Below are positions 9,767 to 19,102 of a stretch of 43,285 bases of DNA, piece by piece. The stretch is from positions 7,375 through 50,659 of the forward strand of contig DKBG01000288.1 in NCBI GenBank assembly GCA_002451155.1, read 5' to 3'. A program made the position numbers and the translations under genes. The DNA is from Ignavibacteria bacterium UBA6906. GTDB taxonomy: Bacteria; Bacteroidota; Ignavibacteria; UBA10030; UBA6906. The notes under the pieces are model-generated. The model saw only the letters and a list, made by a program, of their open reading frames with translations. It had not been told where the DNA came from and made no database searches. The stretch's first letter is position 1, and every line of letters begins with the position of its first letter.

Positions 9767-11892
9767 CACTCCCCATGACACGACGTGGCTTCATCGTCAT
9801 CACTGCGGGCGTCGGCACGGGTCTTGTTCTCGGCGCATACGCGTACCGGACCGGCTGGCTCAAACGCCTTTTCTCAAAGTCAGATCCTGCCGCGGACTTC
9901 TCCCCCGCCACATGGATCCGCATCGGAAAGGACGGCAGCGTCACCATCACCGTGGCAAAATCGGAGATGGGACAGGGAATCCGGACAGCTCTTCCAATGA
10001 TTGTGGCGGAAGAGCTTGACGCTGACTGGGCAAGCGTGCGCGTTGAACAGGCTCTGGCTGACGTGAAATATGGAAGTATGAGTACCGGCGGAAGTACCAG
10101 CGTCCGGACTTCCTGGGAAAAACTACGAAAGGCGGGGGCCGCCGCGCGGGCCATGCTCTTGACCGCCGCCGCACAGCGGTGGAATGTTCCCCCGTCAGAA
10201 TGCCGGACCGAATATGGGACCGTTGTTCATTCACCCACCGGCCGTATTCTTCAATACGGCGAACTTGCTGAAGAAGCAGCCAGTTTTCCTGTCCCCCAGA
10301 ACCCTCCGCTCAAAAACCCCGCTGAGTTCCGGATCATCGGCCGCCGCATTCCGCGCACCGATACTCCCGACAAAGTGGATGGACACGCGGCCTTTGGAAT
10401 CGATTCAAGAGTCGAGGGAATGTTTTTCGCCTCGGTCGCCCGCTGCCCGGTCTTCGGCGGTACCGTCGCTTCCTACGATGATTCCAAAGCACGGACGATG
10501 CCGGGCGTTTACCGGATAGTCCAGATCGACAGGGGGATCGCCGTGGCTGCGAAAACAACCTGGCAGTCATTTGAGGCACGCGATGCACTCACAGTGAAAT
10601 GGAACGACGGTCCCTCCGCTTCCCTGACGAGCCGGGACATCAGCACAATGCTCGCGACATTCGCCACAAAAGAGGGCGCCGTGGCCGAGACCAGGGGTGA
10701 TGTGGAACACGCACTCTCCGGCGCCGCAAAGCGTCTCTCCGCAACATTTGAAGTCCCGTTCCTCGCGCATGCAACCATGGAGCCAATGAACTGCACGGCC
10801 CACGTCCGGAAGGACAGCTGCGAAATATGGGTCCCTACCCAGAACGCACAGGCTGTACAGCGAACGGCTGCCGCACTCACGGGCCTGCCTCTGGAACAGG
10901 TCATCGTCCACACCACTCTTCTCGGTGGGGGGTTCGGCAGAAGAAGCGAAACCGATTTCGTTGAGGAGGCGGTGCAAACCTCGCGTGCGATCGGGGCGCC
11001 GGTTCAGGTGGTATGGACACGCGAGGATGATCTGCAACACGACTTCTACCGACCGGTCTCCCTTCACAAACTCTCTGCCGGACTTGATGCCGGTGGAAGA
11101 CCGGTTGCGTTCACGCACCGTGTCGTGGCCCCGTCTATCGGAGCGCAGAACGCGCCCGACCGATACACAAACGGTCTCGATCGCGGGTCGGTCGAGGGAG
11201 CGACGGAAATGCCGTACGACATCCCCAACGTCCTCATCGACTATGTTATGGCTCAGACCCCCGTGCCGATCGGGTATTGGCGGTCTGTCTTCCCTTCCCA
11301 GACGGTCTTCGCCCTCGAAAGCTTCATCGACGAACTTGCCCATGCCGCCGGTGCGGACGCCTTTGAATTCCGCCGGTCGATGATGGACTCCTCACCAAAG
11401 ATGAAACGCGTGCTCGAGCTCGCCGCAGACAAGGCTGGATGGGGAACACCGCCGCCGCGAGGAAAATTCAGGGGCATCGCGTTCTCGCCGCCGGCGTTCT
11501 TTCATACGCCGGTTGCACAGGTGGCGGAAGTATCTGTCGGAAGGGACGGTGCAATTCGCGTCCACCGCGTCGTCTCGGCAATCGACTGCGGAATCGCAGT
11601 GAACCCGACGGGCGTCGAAGCACAAATGGAAAGTGGAATCGCCTACGGGATGACTGCTGCACTCAAAGGAAAAATCACAATCGATCGGGGACGAGTGGTT
11701 CAGAGTAACTTCGACGATTATCCATTGCTGACGATCGGAGAGATGCCAGCGATAGAAACACACATCGTCCCGAGCACCGACCCGCCGACCGGAACAGGCG
11801 AACCGGGACTTCCAGCCGTCGCTCCCGCAATTGCCAACGCGGTGTTTGCTGCAACGGGAAAACGTCTCAGAACCCTTCCACTGTCCCTGTAG
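9763..11892 (+). CDS. Molybdopterin-binding large subunit, isoquinoline 1-oxidoreductase beta (IorB)-like, with Tat motif
   Basis: Start ATG 9763 overlaps the small-subunit stop (ATGA). TRRGFI twin-arginine motif, SEMGQG, TGGSTS, HATMEP, GGGFGRR, WRSV, GTGEPG. Confidence 0.93.
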   Translation: MTLPMTRRGFIVITAGVGTGLVLGAYAYRTGWLKRLFSKSDPAADFSPATWIRIGKDGSVTITVAKSEMGQGIRTALPMIVAEELDADWASVRVEQALADVKYGSMSTGGSTSVRTSWEKLRKAGAAARAMLLTAAAQRWNVPPSECRTEYGTVVHSPTGRILQYGELAEEAASFPVPQNPPLKNPAEFRIIGRRIPRTDTPDKVDGHAAFGIDSRVEGMFFASVARCPVFGGTVASYDDSKARTMPGVYRIVQIDRGIAVAAKTTWQSFEARDALTVKWNDGPSASLTSRDISTMLATFATKEGAVAETRGDVEHALSGAAKRLSATFEVPFLAHATMEPMNCTAHVRKDSCEIWVPTQNAQAVQRTAAALTGLPLEQVIVHTTLLGGGFGRRSETDFVEEAVQTSRAIGAPVQVVWTREDDLQHDFYRPVSLHKLSAGLDAGGRPVAFTHRVVAPSIGAQNAPDRYTNGLDRGSVEGATEMPYDIPNVLIDYVMAQTPVPIGYWRSVFPSQTVFALESFIDELAHAAGADAFEFRRSMMDSSPKMKRVLELAADKAGWGTPPPRGKFRGIAFSPPAFFHTPVAQVAEVSVGRDGAIRVHRVVSAIDCGIAVNPTGVEAQMESGIAYGMTAALKGKITIDRGRVVQSNFDDYPLLTIGEMPAIETHIVPSTDPPTGTGEPGLPAVAPAIANAVFAATGKRLRTLPLSL

Positions 11893-11983
11893 GTAGGGCA
11901 CGCTGCCCGACCTGTTCACCGTTACCCCGGACGTGGGCGGCTCGCCCGACCGGGGACGCGTATTCACGTTTCCGGTTCTTTCA

Positions 11984-12610
11984 ATGCAGCCTACCGCACC
12001 CCCAAAAATCACCGCGATCATCTTCGATTTCGGGATGGTCCTCAGCAGCTTCGACGTCGGAACCTTTCTTCAGAATCTCTCCGACATCACCGGGACTCCC
12101 GTAGAGCGATTGCCACCGATCCTCCAGAATGTTCGGGATATCGTGGTCCGGTATGAAACGGGACTTATCTCCACGGACGAGTTTGTAGAATCAGCAATCC
12201 GGCGCACAGGCCTGCACATTTCCCGTGAACAATTCAAAAAGGCTTATAACGAGATCTTCACAGCGATTCCGGAGAACCGGGAGCTTGTCCGCCGGCTCAA
12301 GCCCCGCTACAAGATCGGATTGCTTTCCAATACCAGCGAATGGCACTACGAACATGCAATAAAGACGGTGGACGTCTTTCCTCTCTTCGACGCCGTCACC
12401 CTTTCCTTCGAAGTGAAAGCCATGAAGCCCGTCCCCGCGCTGTACCTGGACATCCTTGCCAAACTCCGCGTTGCGCCGGGCGAATGCATCTATATTGATG
12501 ATATCGCCGAGAATGCCGCGGCGGCGGCTGACCTGGGCATGCACGCCATCCAGTATCTTTCTCCTGCTCAGCTCGTCAGCTCCCTCAGACGGCTGGGTGT
12601 ATCGGCATAA
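11984..12610 (+). CDS. HAD-superfamily phosphatase (YihX-like)
   Basis: IIFDFGMV motif I, LLSNT, MKP, IYIDD..EN. Start placed at ATG 11984. Confidence 0.88.
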   Translation: MQPTAPPKITAIIFDFGMVLSSFDVGTFLQNLSDITGTPVERLPPILQNVRDIVVRYETGLISTDEFVESAIRRTGLHISREQFKKAYNEIFTAIPENRELVRRLKPRYKIGLLSNTSEWHYEHAIKTVDVFPLFDAVTLSFEVKAMKPVPALYLDILAKLRVAPGECIYIDDIAENAAAAADLGMHAIQYLSPAQLVSSLRRLGVSA

Positions 12611-12658
12611 TCTCCGCTGTTTTGCCTTTGCACCCTTTTTCCTACCTTGTGGTAACCT

Positions 12659-13225
12659 ATGATCCTGTCCGACACACGCATACTTGAAGAGATGGACAGG
12701 GGAACAATCCTCATTGATCCCTTTGACCGGAAACACCTCGGGTCCAACTCCTACGATGTCCACCTCGGCCGTTACCTGGCGGTCTACAAGAGCGATATCC
12801 TGGATGCCCGCTCGCATAACCAGGTGGATCACTTTGAGATCTCTGATACCGGGCTGATTCTCCTCCCTCACCGGCTCTATCTCGGGGTCACGGAGGAATA
12901 CACGGAGACGCATCGTCATGTCCCATTCCTCGAAGGGAAGAGCAGTATCGGCCGCCTCGGCATAGATATCCACGCAACGGCCGGCAAGGGCGACGTTGGT
13001 TTCTGCAACACCTGGACCCTTGAAATCTCGGTGAAGCAGCCCGTCCGGGTCTATCACGGAATGCCCATCGGGCAACTGATCTATTTTGAAGTCGCTGGTG
13101 AAGTCCTGACCTCCTACAAAACCAAATCCTCGGCGAAATATAACGTCCGCACGGATCGTCCCGTCGAATCCATGATGTGGAAGAATTTTGTCGATCAGGC
13201 CGAAACCGGACGGACGAAACGGTAG
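12659..13225 (+). CDS. dcd: dCTP deaminase
   Basis: MILSD, SYDVHLG, EGKSSIGRLG, DVGF...TLE, IGQLIYF. Confidence 0.93.
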   Translation: MILSDTRILEEMDRGTILIDPFDRKHLGSNSYDVHLGRYLAVYKSDILDARSHNQVDHFEISDTGLILLPHRLYLGVTEEYTETHRHVPFLEGKSSIGRLGIDIHATAGKGDVGFCNTWTLEISVKQPVRVYHGMPIGQLIYFEVAGEVLTSYKTKSSAKYNVRTDRPVESMMWKNFVDQAETGRTKR

Positions 13226-13525
13226 CCCCTCGGCCGCGGCCAACCCTGGAACTGTGCACCCGCACCGAGGGCAGTATGCGGCGTCGGATACCCCCATGCC
13301 TCCAAGGCCGACGAAGAGACCCTTGCCCGAGAACGCGCATTCCTCAGGAAGACTGTTTGCAGACACTCCCCCGGGCGCGATGTCTGTGTGCCCGCGAACA
13401 GTCGCAGACCGGTTCGGGATGAAGGACATTATCGCAACGGCTCGTTTCCCGCGCGGCTACCGGTGCCCTGCGAGCGGTACACACAACCGATTCCCGATAC
13501 CCGGCACCATGAGCGAACTGGCCCA

Positions 13526-14689
13526 ATGACACATGCGTCGTACAGAACCTGGGGGACGAACATCGACTCGGAAGCCATCAAACAGATGGAGGCCGCGATG
13601 AGTCTGCCGGTGACGGTTGCCGGTGCGCTGATGCCGGATGCACACGTTGGATACGGTCTCCCCATAGGCGGTGTTCTGGCGACCGAGGATGCCGTGATTC
13701 CCTACGGGGTGGGTGTTGATATCGCATGCCGGATGATGATGACGGTCTTCGATGCTCCGGCAACAGTTCTCCGGACAGAGACAGAGACATATCGAAGAGC
13801 GATCGAACAAAATACCCGGTTCGGCATTGGGGCCGAATGGAGAACGCCAAAAAGCCATCCGGTAATGGATGAAAACTGGAACGTCACCCGGATAACCGGC
13901 CAGCTGAAAGACAGGGCCCGCCGCCAGCTCGGCACCTCCGGTTCTGGAAACCACTTCGTGGAATTCGGTGAAATCGTGTTCGAGCAGCCGGCTCTTGGAA
14001 TCCCCGCGGGAACGTATCTCGCGCTCCTTTCCCACAGCGGAAGCAGGAACGCAGGAGCACAGGTGGCGAACCACTTCACCCGGATCGCGAAGTCACTGCA
14101 TCCCGAACTCGAGGGTCATCAGAAGAACCTTGCCTGGCTCCCCATGGATCGTGAGGGACAGGAATACTGGGCGGCGATGGAATTGATGGGGAAATATGCC
14201 TCCGCAAACCACCACATCATTCACCGGGCCATCATCGATTCGCTCGGGCAGCCGACCCTCCGGCAGATTGAAAATCATCATAACTTCGCCTGGAGGGAAA
14301 CACACCGGGGACGGAATCTCATCGTTCACAGGAAGGGTGCGACACCGGCGGCGAAAGGAATGCTCGGTGTCATCCCGGGCTCCATGGCGGCACCCGGCTA
14401 TCTGATTGAAGGATCCGGACACCCTGGCTCCTTGAATTCCACTTCCCATGGCGCGGGACGACGGATGTCCCGGTCGGCAGCGTCGAAGAATTTCACATGG
14501 AAGGAAACACGCGAGTATCTTGAACAGAAAGGTGTCGTCCTTATTTCCGCAGGCCTCGACGAAGTTCCCTGGGCGTATAAGGACATAGACGAGGTTATGA
14601 ACGCTCAGCGCGATCTCGCTAGAACAATTGCGCGCTTTATGCCCCGGTTGGTCAAAATGGCCCCTTCCGGTGAACGTCCAGAGGACTGA
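13526..14689 (+). CDS. rtcB: RtcB-family RNA 3'-phosphate/5'-OH ligase
   Basis: MPDAHVGYGLPIGG, GVDIACRM, GSGNHFVE, SHSGSR, NHHNFA, HRKGAT, SHGAGR, E.P.AYKD. Start ATG 13526 preferred; the frame is open back to 13388. Confidence 0.93.
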   Translation: MTHASYRTWGTNIDSEAIKQMEAAMSLPVTVAGALMPDAHVGYGLPIGGVLATEDAVIPYGVGVDIACRMMMTVFDAPATVLRTETETYRRAIEQNTRFGIGAEWRTPKSHPVMDENWNVTRITGQLKDRARRQLGTSGSGNHFVEFGEIVFEQPALGIPAGTYLALLSHSGSRNAGAQVANHFTRIAKSLHPELEGHQKNLAWLPMDREGQEYWAAMELMGKYASANHHIIHRAIIDSLGQPTLRQIENHHNFAWRETHRGRNLIVHRKGATPAAKGMLGVIPGSMAAPGYLIEGSGHPGSLNSTSHGAGRRMSRSAASKNFTWKETREYLEQKGVVLISAGLDEVPWAYKDIDEVMNAQRDLARTIARFMPRLVKMAPSGERPED

Positions 14690-14749
14690 ATTACCACTGT
14701 TCATTGCCTGCGTCTCCCGGAACGCACGTCAGGATGGAGGAGTCAGTGT

Positions 14750-15256
14750 ATGAAGAGAATTCGCACGTACGACGCCCAAGAGACGGAACGAATGCGGGAA
14801 CTTCACGGAAATCCGCTCGCCTCGTTCACCAGACGCGCCGGAGCGTTCTGCTGTGACTTTCTCTTAGCCTGGGGGCTCTTTCTCGCGCTGTTAATACCGG
14901 GCGGGAAACTTGCACATCGGCTCGGGTATCTCACTGCTGACGTGAACCTGAAATTCGACTTCGGACACTGGTACAGCCTGCTCTTCCTCGTCCTCTACTT
15001 TGCGTTCTCGACCTATTGGGGTAACGGAAGAACGATCGGCAAATGGCTGTTTGGCATCCGCACGGTCTCGCTTGTGCACCGGCACATGACACTCTGGCAC
15101 TCCTTCGAACGGGGATTGGGATACGGCGCCTCAGCGCTTGAACTCGGGTTCGGATTTGTCCAGTATTTCATCCACCCCAACTGCCGTACAGTACATGACC
15201 GGATTGCTGAAACCATCGTCATCCAGGATAGGATCTCGAAACAGAAAAGGCGCTGA
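14750..15256 (+). CDS. RDD family membrane protein
   Basis: ASFTRRAGAF..D, GRTIGKWLFGIR, HDRIAETIV. GGAGGAG RBS. Confidence 0.85.
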   Translation: MKRIRTYDAQETERMRELHGNPLASFTRRAGAFCCDFLLAWGLFLALLIPGGKLAHRLGYLTADVNLKFDFGHWYSLLFLVLYFAFSTYWGNGRTIGKWLFGIRTVSLVHRHMTLWHSFERGLGYGASALELGFGFVQYFIHPNCRTVHDRIAETIVIQDRISKQKRR

Positions 15257-15442
15257 ACGGGCTACCGCCATGGCCGGCCGCACGTTCGTGCGAAGCTCCC
15301 CGGGGATCCTGTCCCGGCAATCGCGCGGCGAACCCTGAACAGTGCAGCACTCCGGTCCGACGGTTCACTTGAAAGATCGACGACCTCATATGAAGAACCG
15401 GTCCACTGATGTATGGCGCTTCGCCCGGGGGAGGAGAGTACC

Positions 15443-15967
15443 ATGAATACAGTCCTTTTTGATGTTAATGATGCCCGCCTCCGACGTGCGTTCCTTCACG
15501 ACGTTCTGCCGGCGGTCGTTGCGGATATAGGCGACGATACGCAACCCCGCTGGGGCGGTATGTCCGCCCAGCACATTGTGGAACACCTTCTCTGGGCATT
15601 TCAGGGTTCCATGGGGACCGTCGACGCCGTCTGCAACACTCCGGAGACCGTGCTCAACAGAGCCCGGAGATTCCTCTACGACAACCGTCAGACCCCGCAC
15701 GATGTGAGGAATCCGATGCTCGGCGAAGATCCCCCACCCCTGCGATATGCGACGCTCCAGGAAGCAAAAACCGCCTTCGTTGATGGGCTGCATGGATACT
15801 TCAGATACGCCGAGACTCATCCCGCCGCCACCCATATCCATCCCCTGTTTGGACCTCTTGGCACGGAGGAGTGGGAACGGAGCCATTTCAAACACTGCTA
15901 TCATCACCTGCTTCAGCTCGGCATGATTGAGGAGAAGGTACCCGATCCAGAGAGAGCCGACATATGA
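15443..15967 (+). CDS. DinB/DUF1569-like four-helix metal-binding protein
   Basis: WGGMSAQHIVEHL, HPLFGPL...W...H.KH..HHL.Q. GAGGAG RBS before ATG 15443. Confidence 0.75.
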   Translation: MNTVLFDVNDARLRRAFLHDVLPAVVADIGDDTQPRWGGMSAQHIVEHLLWAFQGSMGTVDAVCNTPETVLNRARRFLYDNRQTPHDVRNPMLGEDPPPLRYATLQEAKTAFVDGLHGYFRYAETHPAATHIHPLFGPLGTEEWERSHFKHCYHHLLQLGMIEEKVPDPERADI

Positions 15968-16443
15968 AAAGATACCTTCTCGTGCTGGCAGTCGTCGGCT
16001 TGGCAGGTTGTATCGACGAGGGGATTCCTGTCCCGCCGGACATCCCGATAGAACGACTCCTGACTGCCCCGGATACCATATCCGTTCGGGGCAGATCTCT
16101 GGCCCTCTCCACGGTGATCTGGCGTGATTTCATGCCTGTGAGCCCACCTGATGGCCAGCCGCTGGTTGCACTCGTCTATGTTTCCGCAGCTGATACCGCA
16201 CCTCTTCCCCCTTCGCTCTCAGCAGACGCGCTCTGGATCGTCCATGAGAACCAGGTGTGGAAATCCTGGCTCACCAACGAAGAGAGCCCTGACCACCCAC
16301 CGAATCGCATTGCATACGTAGCAAGGAACGGTCCCAGATGGGGACCCGGTGGCTCTGTGGACGTGATAGTACGGATACTCGACGGAGGACGGGCTATGCA
16401 GCTGCTTCGCGCGTCAAATCAGCGGATTCAGAGAACCGATTAG
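15964..16443 (+). CDS. Hypothetical lipoprotein
   Basis: Signal peptide with lipobox LAG/C. ATGA overlap with the upstream gene. Confidence 0.75.
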   Translation: MKRYLLVLAVVGLAGCIDEGIPVPPDIPIERLLTAPDTISVRGRSLALSTVIWRDFMPVSPPDGQPLVALVYVSAADTAPLPPSLSADALWIVHENQVWKSWLTNEESPDHPPNRIAYVARNGPRWGPGGSVDVIVRILDGGRAMQLLRASNQRIQRTD

Positions 16444-16511
16444 TCCCGCTCCTCCGGGCAGGACCCACCCGCACCCCGCGCGTGACCGGGGAATTTTCGG
16501 AGTTACCTTCT

Positions 16512-17003
16512 ATGAAACAACACCGCAATCCGCTCTGGGACCGGCTGAAGATCAGGGAGGCAACTATTGCCGATCTCGATACAATCATGCACCACCGATG
16601 GAGCATGTTCCGGGACATGGGCTACCGGGATCCGGCTGCCCTGCACGCGATGCGATCAACATCCGCGCCGTTCTTCGCACAGCGGCTTTCAGAGGGCGCC
16701 TACCACGCCTGGTTCGTTGAGGAGAACTCCGGACAGGTGGTGGCCGGAGGCGGAGTACTCATATTCGAGTATCATTCAAGCCCCCTCGACCCTCTTCCGA
16801 GACGCCCTATGATTGTCAACATGTACACGGATCCGGCATACCGCCGAATCGGGATTGCGCAAAAACTTCTGGAGATTATGATCCAGTGGTGCCGCAGGGA
16901 AGGCTTCGGATCAGTGATGCTGCACGCGAGCGATCAGGGAAGACCCCTTTATGAACGACTCGGCTTCCTGCCGACAAACGAGATGCGTCTTTTGCTGAAG
17001 TAG
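16512..17003 (+). CDS. GNAT-family N-acetyltransferase
   Basis: IREATIADL, NMYTDPAYRRIGIA (motif A), LHASDQGRPLYERLGF. Start at ATG 16512. Confidence 0.9.
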   Translation: MKQHRNPLWDRLKIREATIADLDTIMHHRWSMFRDMGYRDPAALHAMRSTSAPFFAQRLSEGAYHAWFVEENSGQVVAGGGVLIFEYHSSPLDPLPRRPMIVNMYTDPAYRRIGIAQKLLEIMIQWCRREGFGSVMLHASDQGRPLYERLGFLPTNEMRLLLK

Positions 17004-17247
17004 TACCCTCAAGGGTCAGCGGAACGATTGCTCCCGGCAGGAAGCTCGGGCAGTCTTGACCCTGATGACCGGAATCTATTCCTGTATCGCGGTTCATGAA
17101 CACTCAGGAATGCCACCCGGACAGGGAACGCACGTGCCGGATAATCCACCGGATCGCCCCCCATCACTGTATCCTTTTTCCCCCTCTTCCGTACGATTCT
17201 GTAACCAACTCTCGGTGTCTTTCACGTCCCACTATCCGGGTCCTGCT

Positions 17248-18453
17248 ATGCGCGTCCTGATGGCTTGCCTCCTCCTCCCGATGCATTCTCTCACGGGCCA
17301 ACCGGCCCTGGATTTCACGACCCCGCCACATGTCATCTGGACGTTTGCAACCGGGGGGCCCATTGTGTCATCCGCCGTAATCGGTGAGGGGAGGGTGTAT
17401 GTCGGGAGTACCGACAGCGTTCTCTATGCTCTCGATCTCGCAACCGGTACACCACGCTGGACAGTGAGAATCGGAGGACCTGTGAGATCAACCGTCTGCC
17501 TCGGCCCGGACGGTCTGTTCCTTTCAGGCGGCGATGGAATTGTCCGCTGCTTGGAGAAGAATTCCGGCAAAGAGCTCTGGCACTTCGCCACCCAGGGAGA
17601 GAAGGTGTACGAACTCTACGGCTACGCCGATTACTTTCATTCTTCACCGGCGCTCTTTGAACACGTGCTCATTGTGGGATCGGGCGATGGATCGGTGTAT
17701 GCCTTGAACTCTTCAACGGGCGACATTCGCTGGAGAGTGCAGACAGGCAATGTGGTCCATTCCTCGCCCGTTATCGATAGCGACAGGGTGTTTATCGGTT
17801 CGTTCGACGGCAACGTGTACGCGCTCAGGCTTGCGGATGGGCTTCTTCTCTGGACGTTCAAGGCCGTCGGGCACCGGTTCTTTCCGAGAGGAGAATTCCA
17901 GGGATCACCGGTCATCGGAAACGGTCTCGTGTACATCGGGAGCAGAGACTATAATGTCTATGCGATCGACCGCGAAAAGGGATATTGTCACTGGAATCGT
18001 CAGTTTCCCCTCGGATGGGCAATGGCACTCTCATGCCCCGACACAACCCTCTATATCGGAACCTCAGACGACGATCTCTTGGTGGCGGTGGACGGCCGGA
18101 CCGGCAGGGAGTTCTGGCGAACCGACATAGAATTCAATATGTTCGGCCCTCCTTCCGTGACAGCCGGAATGCTCTATGCAGGCACGTTGATGGGAAAGAT
18201 GTACGGGCTGGATCGTCGCACAGGCTCAATCCGCTGGTCCTTCGCCACCGATGGATACACCGCTCATCACAGGAAGTATTTTCCTTCAGAGGAGACGATT
18301 GTGAAGAATGACTTCTATTCAATTGTCCAGACGCCGGAAGGGTATATCCGCGCCCTGTATGAACTCGGAGCAATCTTCTCAACGCCGGCAATCTCGGGCA
18401 ACCGGATGGTGATCACGAGCACCGACGGCACAGTCTATTGTCTGTCACGATAG
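17248..18453 (+). CDS. Secreted PQQ-like/BamB-type beta-propeller repeat protein
   Basis: Repeated SSP.....V..GS.DG..YAL...TG...W units. Short signal peptide from ATG 17248. Confidence 0.85.
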   Translation: MRVLMACLLLPMHSLTGQPALDFTTPPHVIWTFATGGPIVSSAVIGEGRVYVGSTDSVLYALDLATGTPRWTVRIGGPVRSTVCLGPDGLFLSGGDGIVRCLEKNSGKELWHFATQGEKVYELYGYADYFHSSPALFEHVLIVGSGDGSVYALNSSTGDIRWRVQTGNVVHSSPVIDSDRVFIGSFDGNVYALRLADGLLLWTFKAVGHRFFPRGEFQGSPVIGNGLVYIGSRDYNVYAIDREKGYCHWNRQFPLGWAMALSCPDTTLYIGTSDDDLLVAVDGRTGREFWRTDIEFNMFGPPSVTAGMLYAGTLMGKMYGLDRRTGSIRWSFATDGYTAHHRKYFPSEETIVKNDFYSIVQTPEGYIRALYELGAIFSTPAISGNRMVITSTDGTVYCLSR

Positions 18454-18497
18454 TCCGATTCGGGAAAGAGACTTTCTCCGTTCTCTTCCGGTTCCCC

Positions 18498-18526
18498 TTG
18501 CATCCTCCCCTACGAATTCCTAGATT
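18498..18526 (+). promoter_or_regulatory. Putative promoter of the macrodomain-esterase-TerC unit
   Basis: TTGCAT-N17-TAGATT. Confidence 0.55.
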
Positions 18527-18553
18527 TTCCTTGCGCTGCTTCGGTAGCATCCC

Positions 18554-19102
18554 ATGACAACATCTCTTGCCGTTGGAGGTACCGCCATCCGTCTCGTCTG
18601 CGGAGACATCACGCAGCAGGATACCGATGCAATCGTCAACGCTGCCAATTCCAGCCTCATGGGCGGTGGCGGCGTCGATGGTGCAATCCATCGTGCCGGA
18701 GGGCCTGCAATCCTCAATGAATGCAGGACAATCCGGGAGAACCGGGGACCCCTCCCTCCCGGCGAGGCGGTAATCACCACCGGTGGCCGACTGAAAGCCC
18801 GCCATGTCATACACACTGTCGGCCCCGTCTGGCGCGGAGGAAGCAACAATGAGGAGGCGATCCTTGCAAACGCCTATCGCGCCAGTCTTCATGTGGCAAT
18901 CAATAAGGGTCTCCGGACCATTGCGTTCCCGTCCATAAGCACAGGCGCATACGGATTTCCCGTCGACCGGGCAAGCAGAATCGCCTTTGACGCCGTCAGA
19001 AGCGTTCTCCGGGAAGGAGTCCCGCTGTCGGAGGTTCGCTTCGTTGTGTTCAGCCGTGATGATGAAGCGGCCTATCTCCCCTTCTTTGAACAGGGACAAT
19101 GA
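18554..19102 (+). CDS. Macrodomain protein (YmdB/MacroD-type O-acetyl-ADP-ribose deacetylase / ADP-ribosylhydrolase)
   Basis: GDIT, AIVNAAN, GGGGVDGAIH, VIHTVGPVW, FPSISTGAYGF. Confidence 0.94.
   Translation: MTTSLAVGGTAIRLVCGDITQQDTDAIVNAANSSLMGGGGVDGAIHRAGGPAILNECRTIRENRGPLPPGEAVITTGGRLKARHVIHTVGPVWRGGSNNEEAILANAYRASLHVAINKGLRTIAFPSISTGAYGFPVDRASRIAFDAVRSVLREGVPLSEVRFVVFSRDDEAAYLPFFEQGQ

Noticed and set aside
17012-17063. Resemblance of CCGGCAGGAAGC to SRP (4.5S) RNA domain IV
   Set aside because: It lacks the GNRA tetraloop and the CAGG/AGCA internal-loop pairing, and it is too short.
17248-18453. Calling the beta-propeller bamB or a PQQ dehydrogenase
   Set aside because: There is no convincing lipobox or bam context and no dehydrogenase catalytic features. 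Only the repeat fold is supported.
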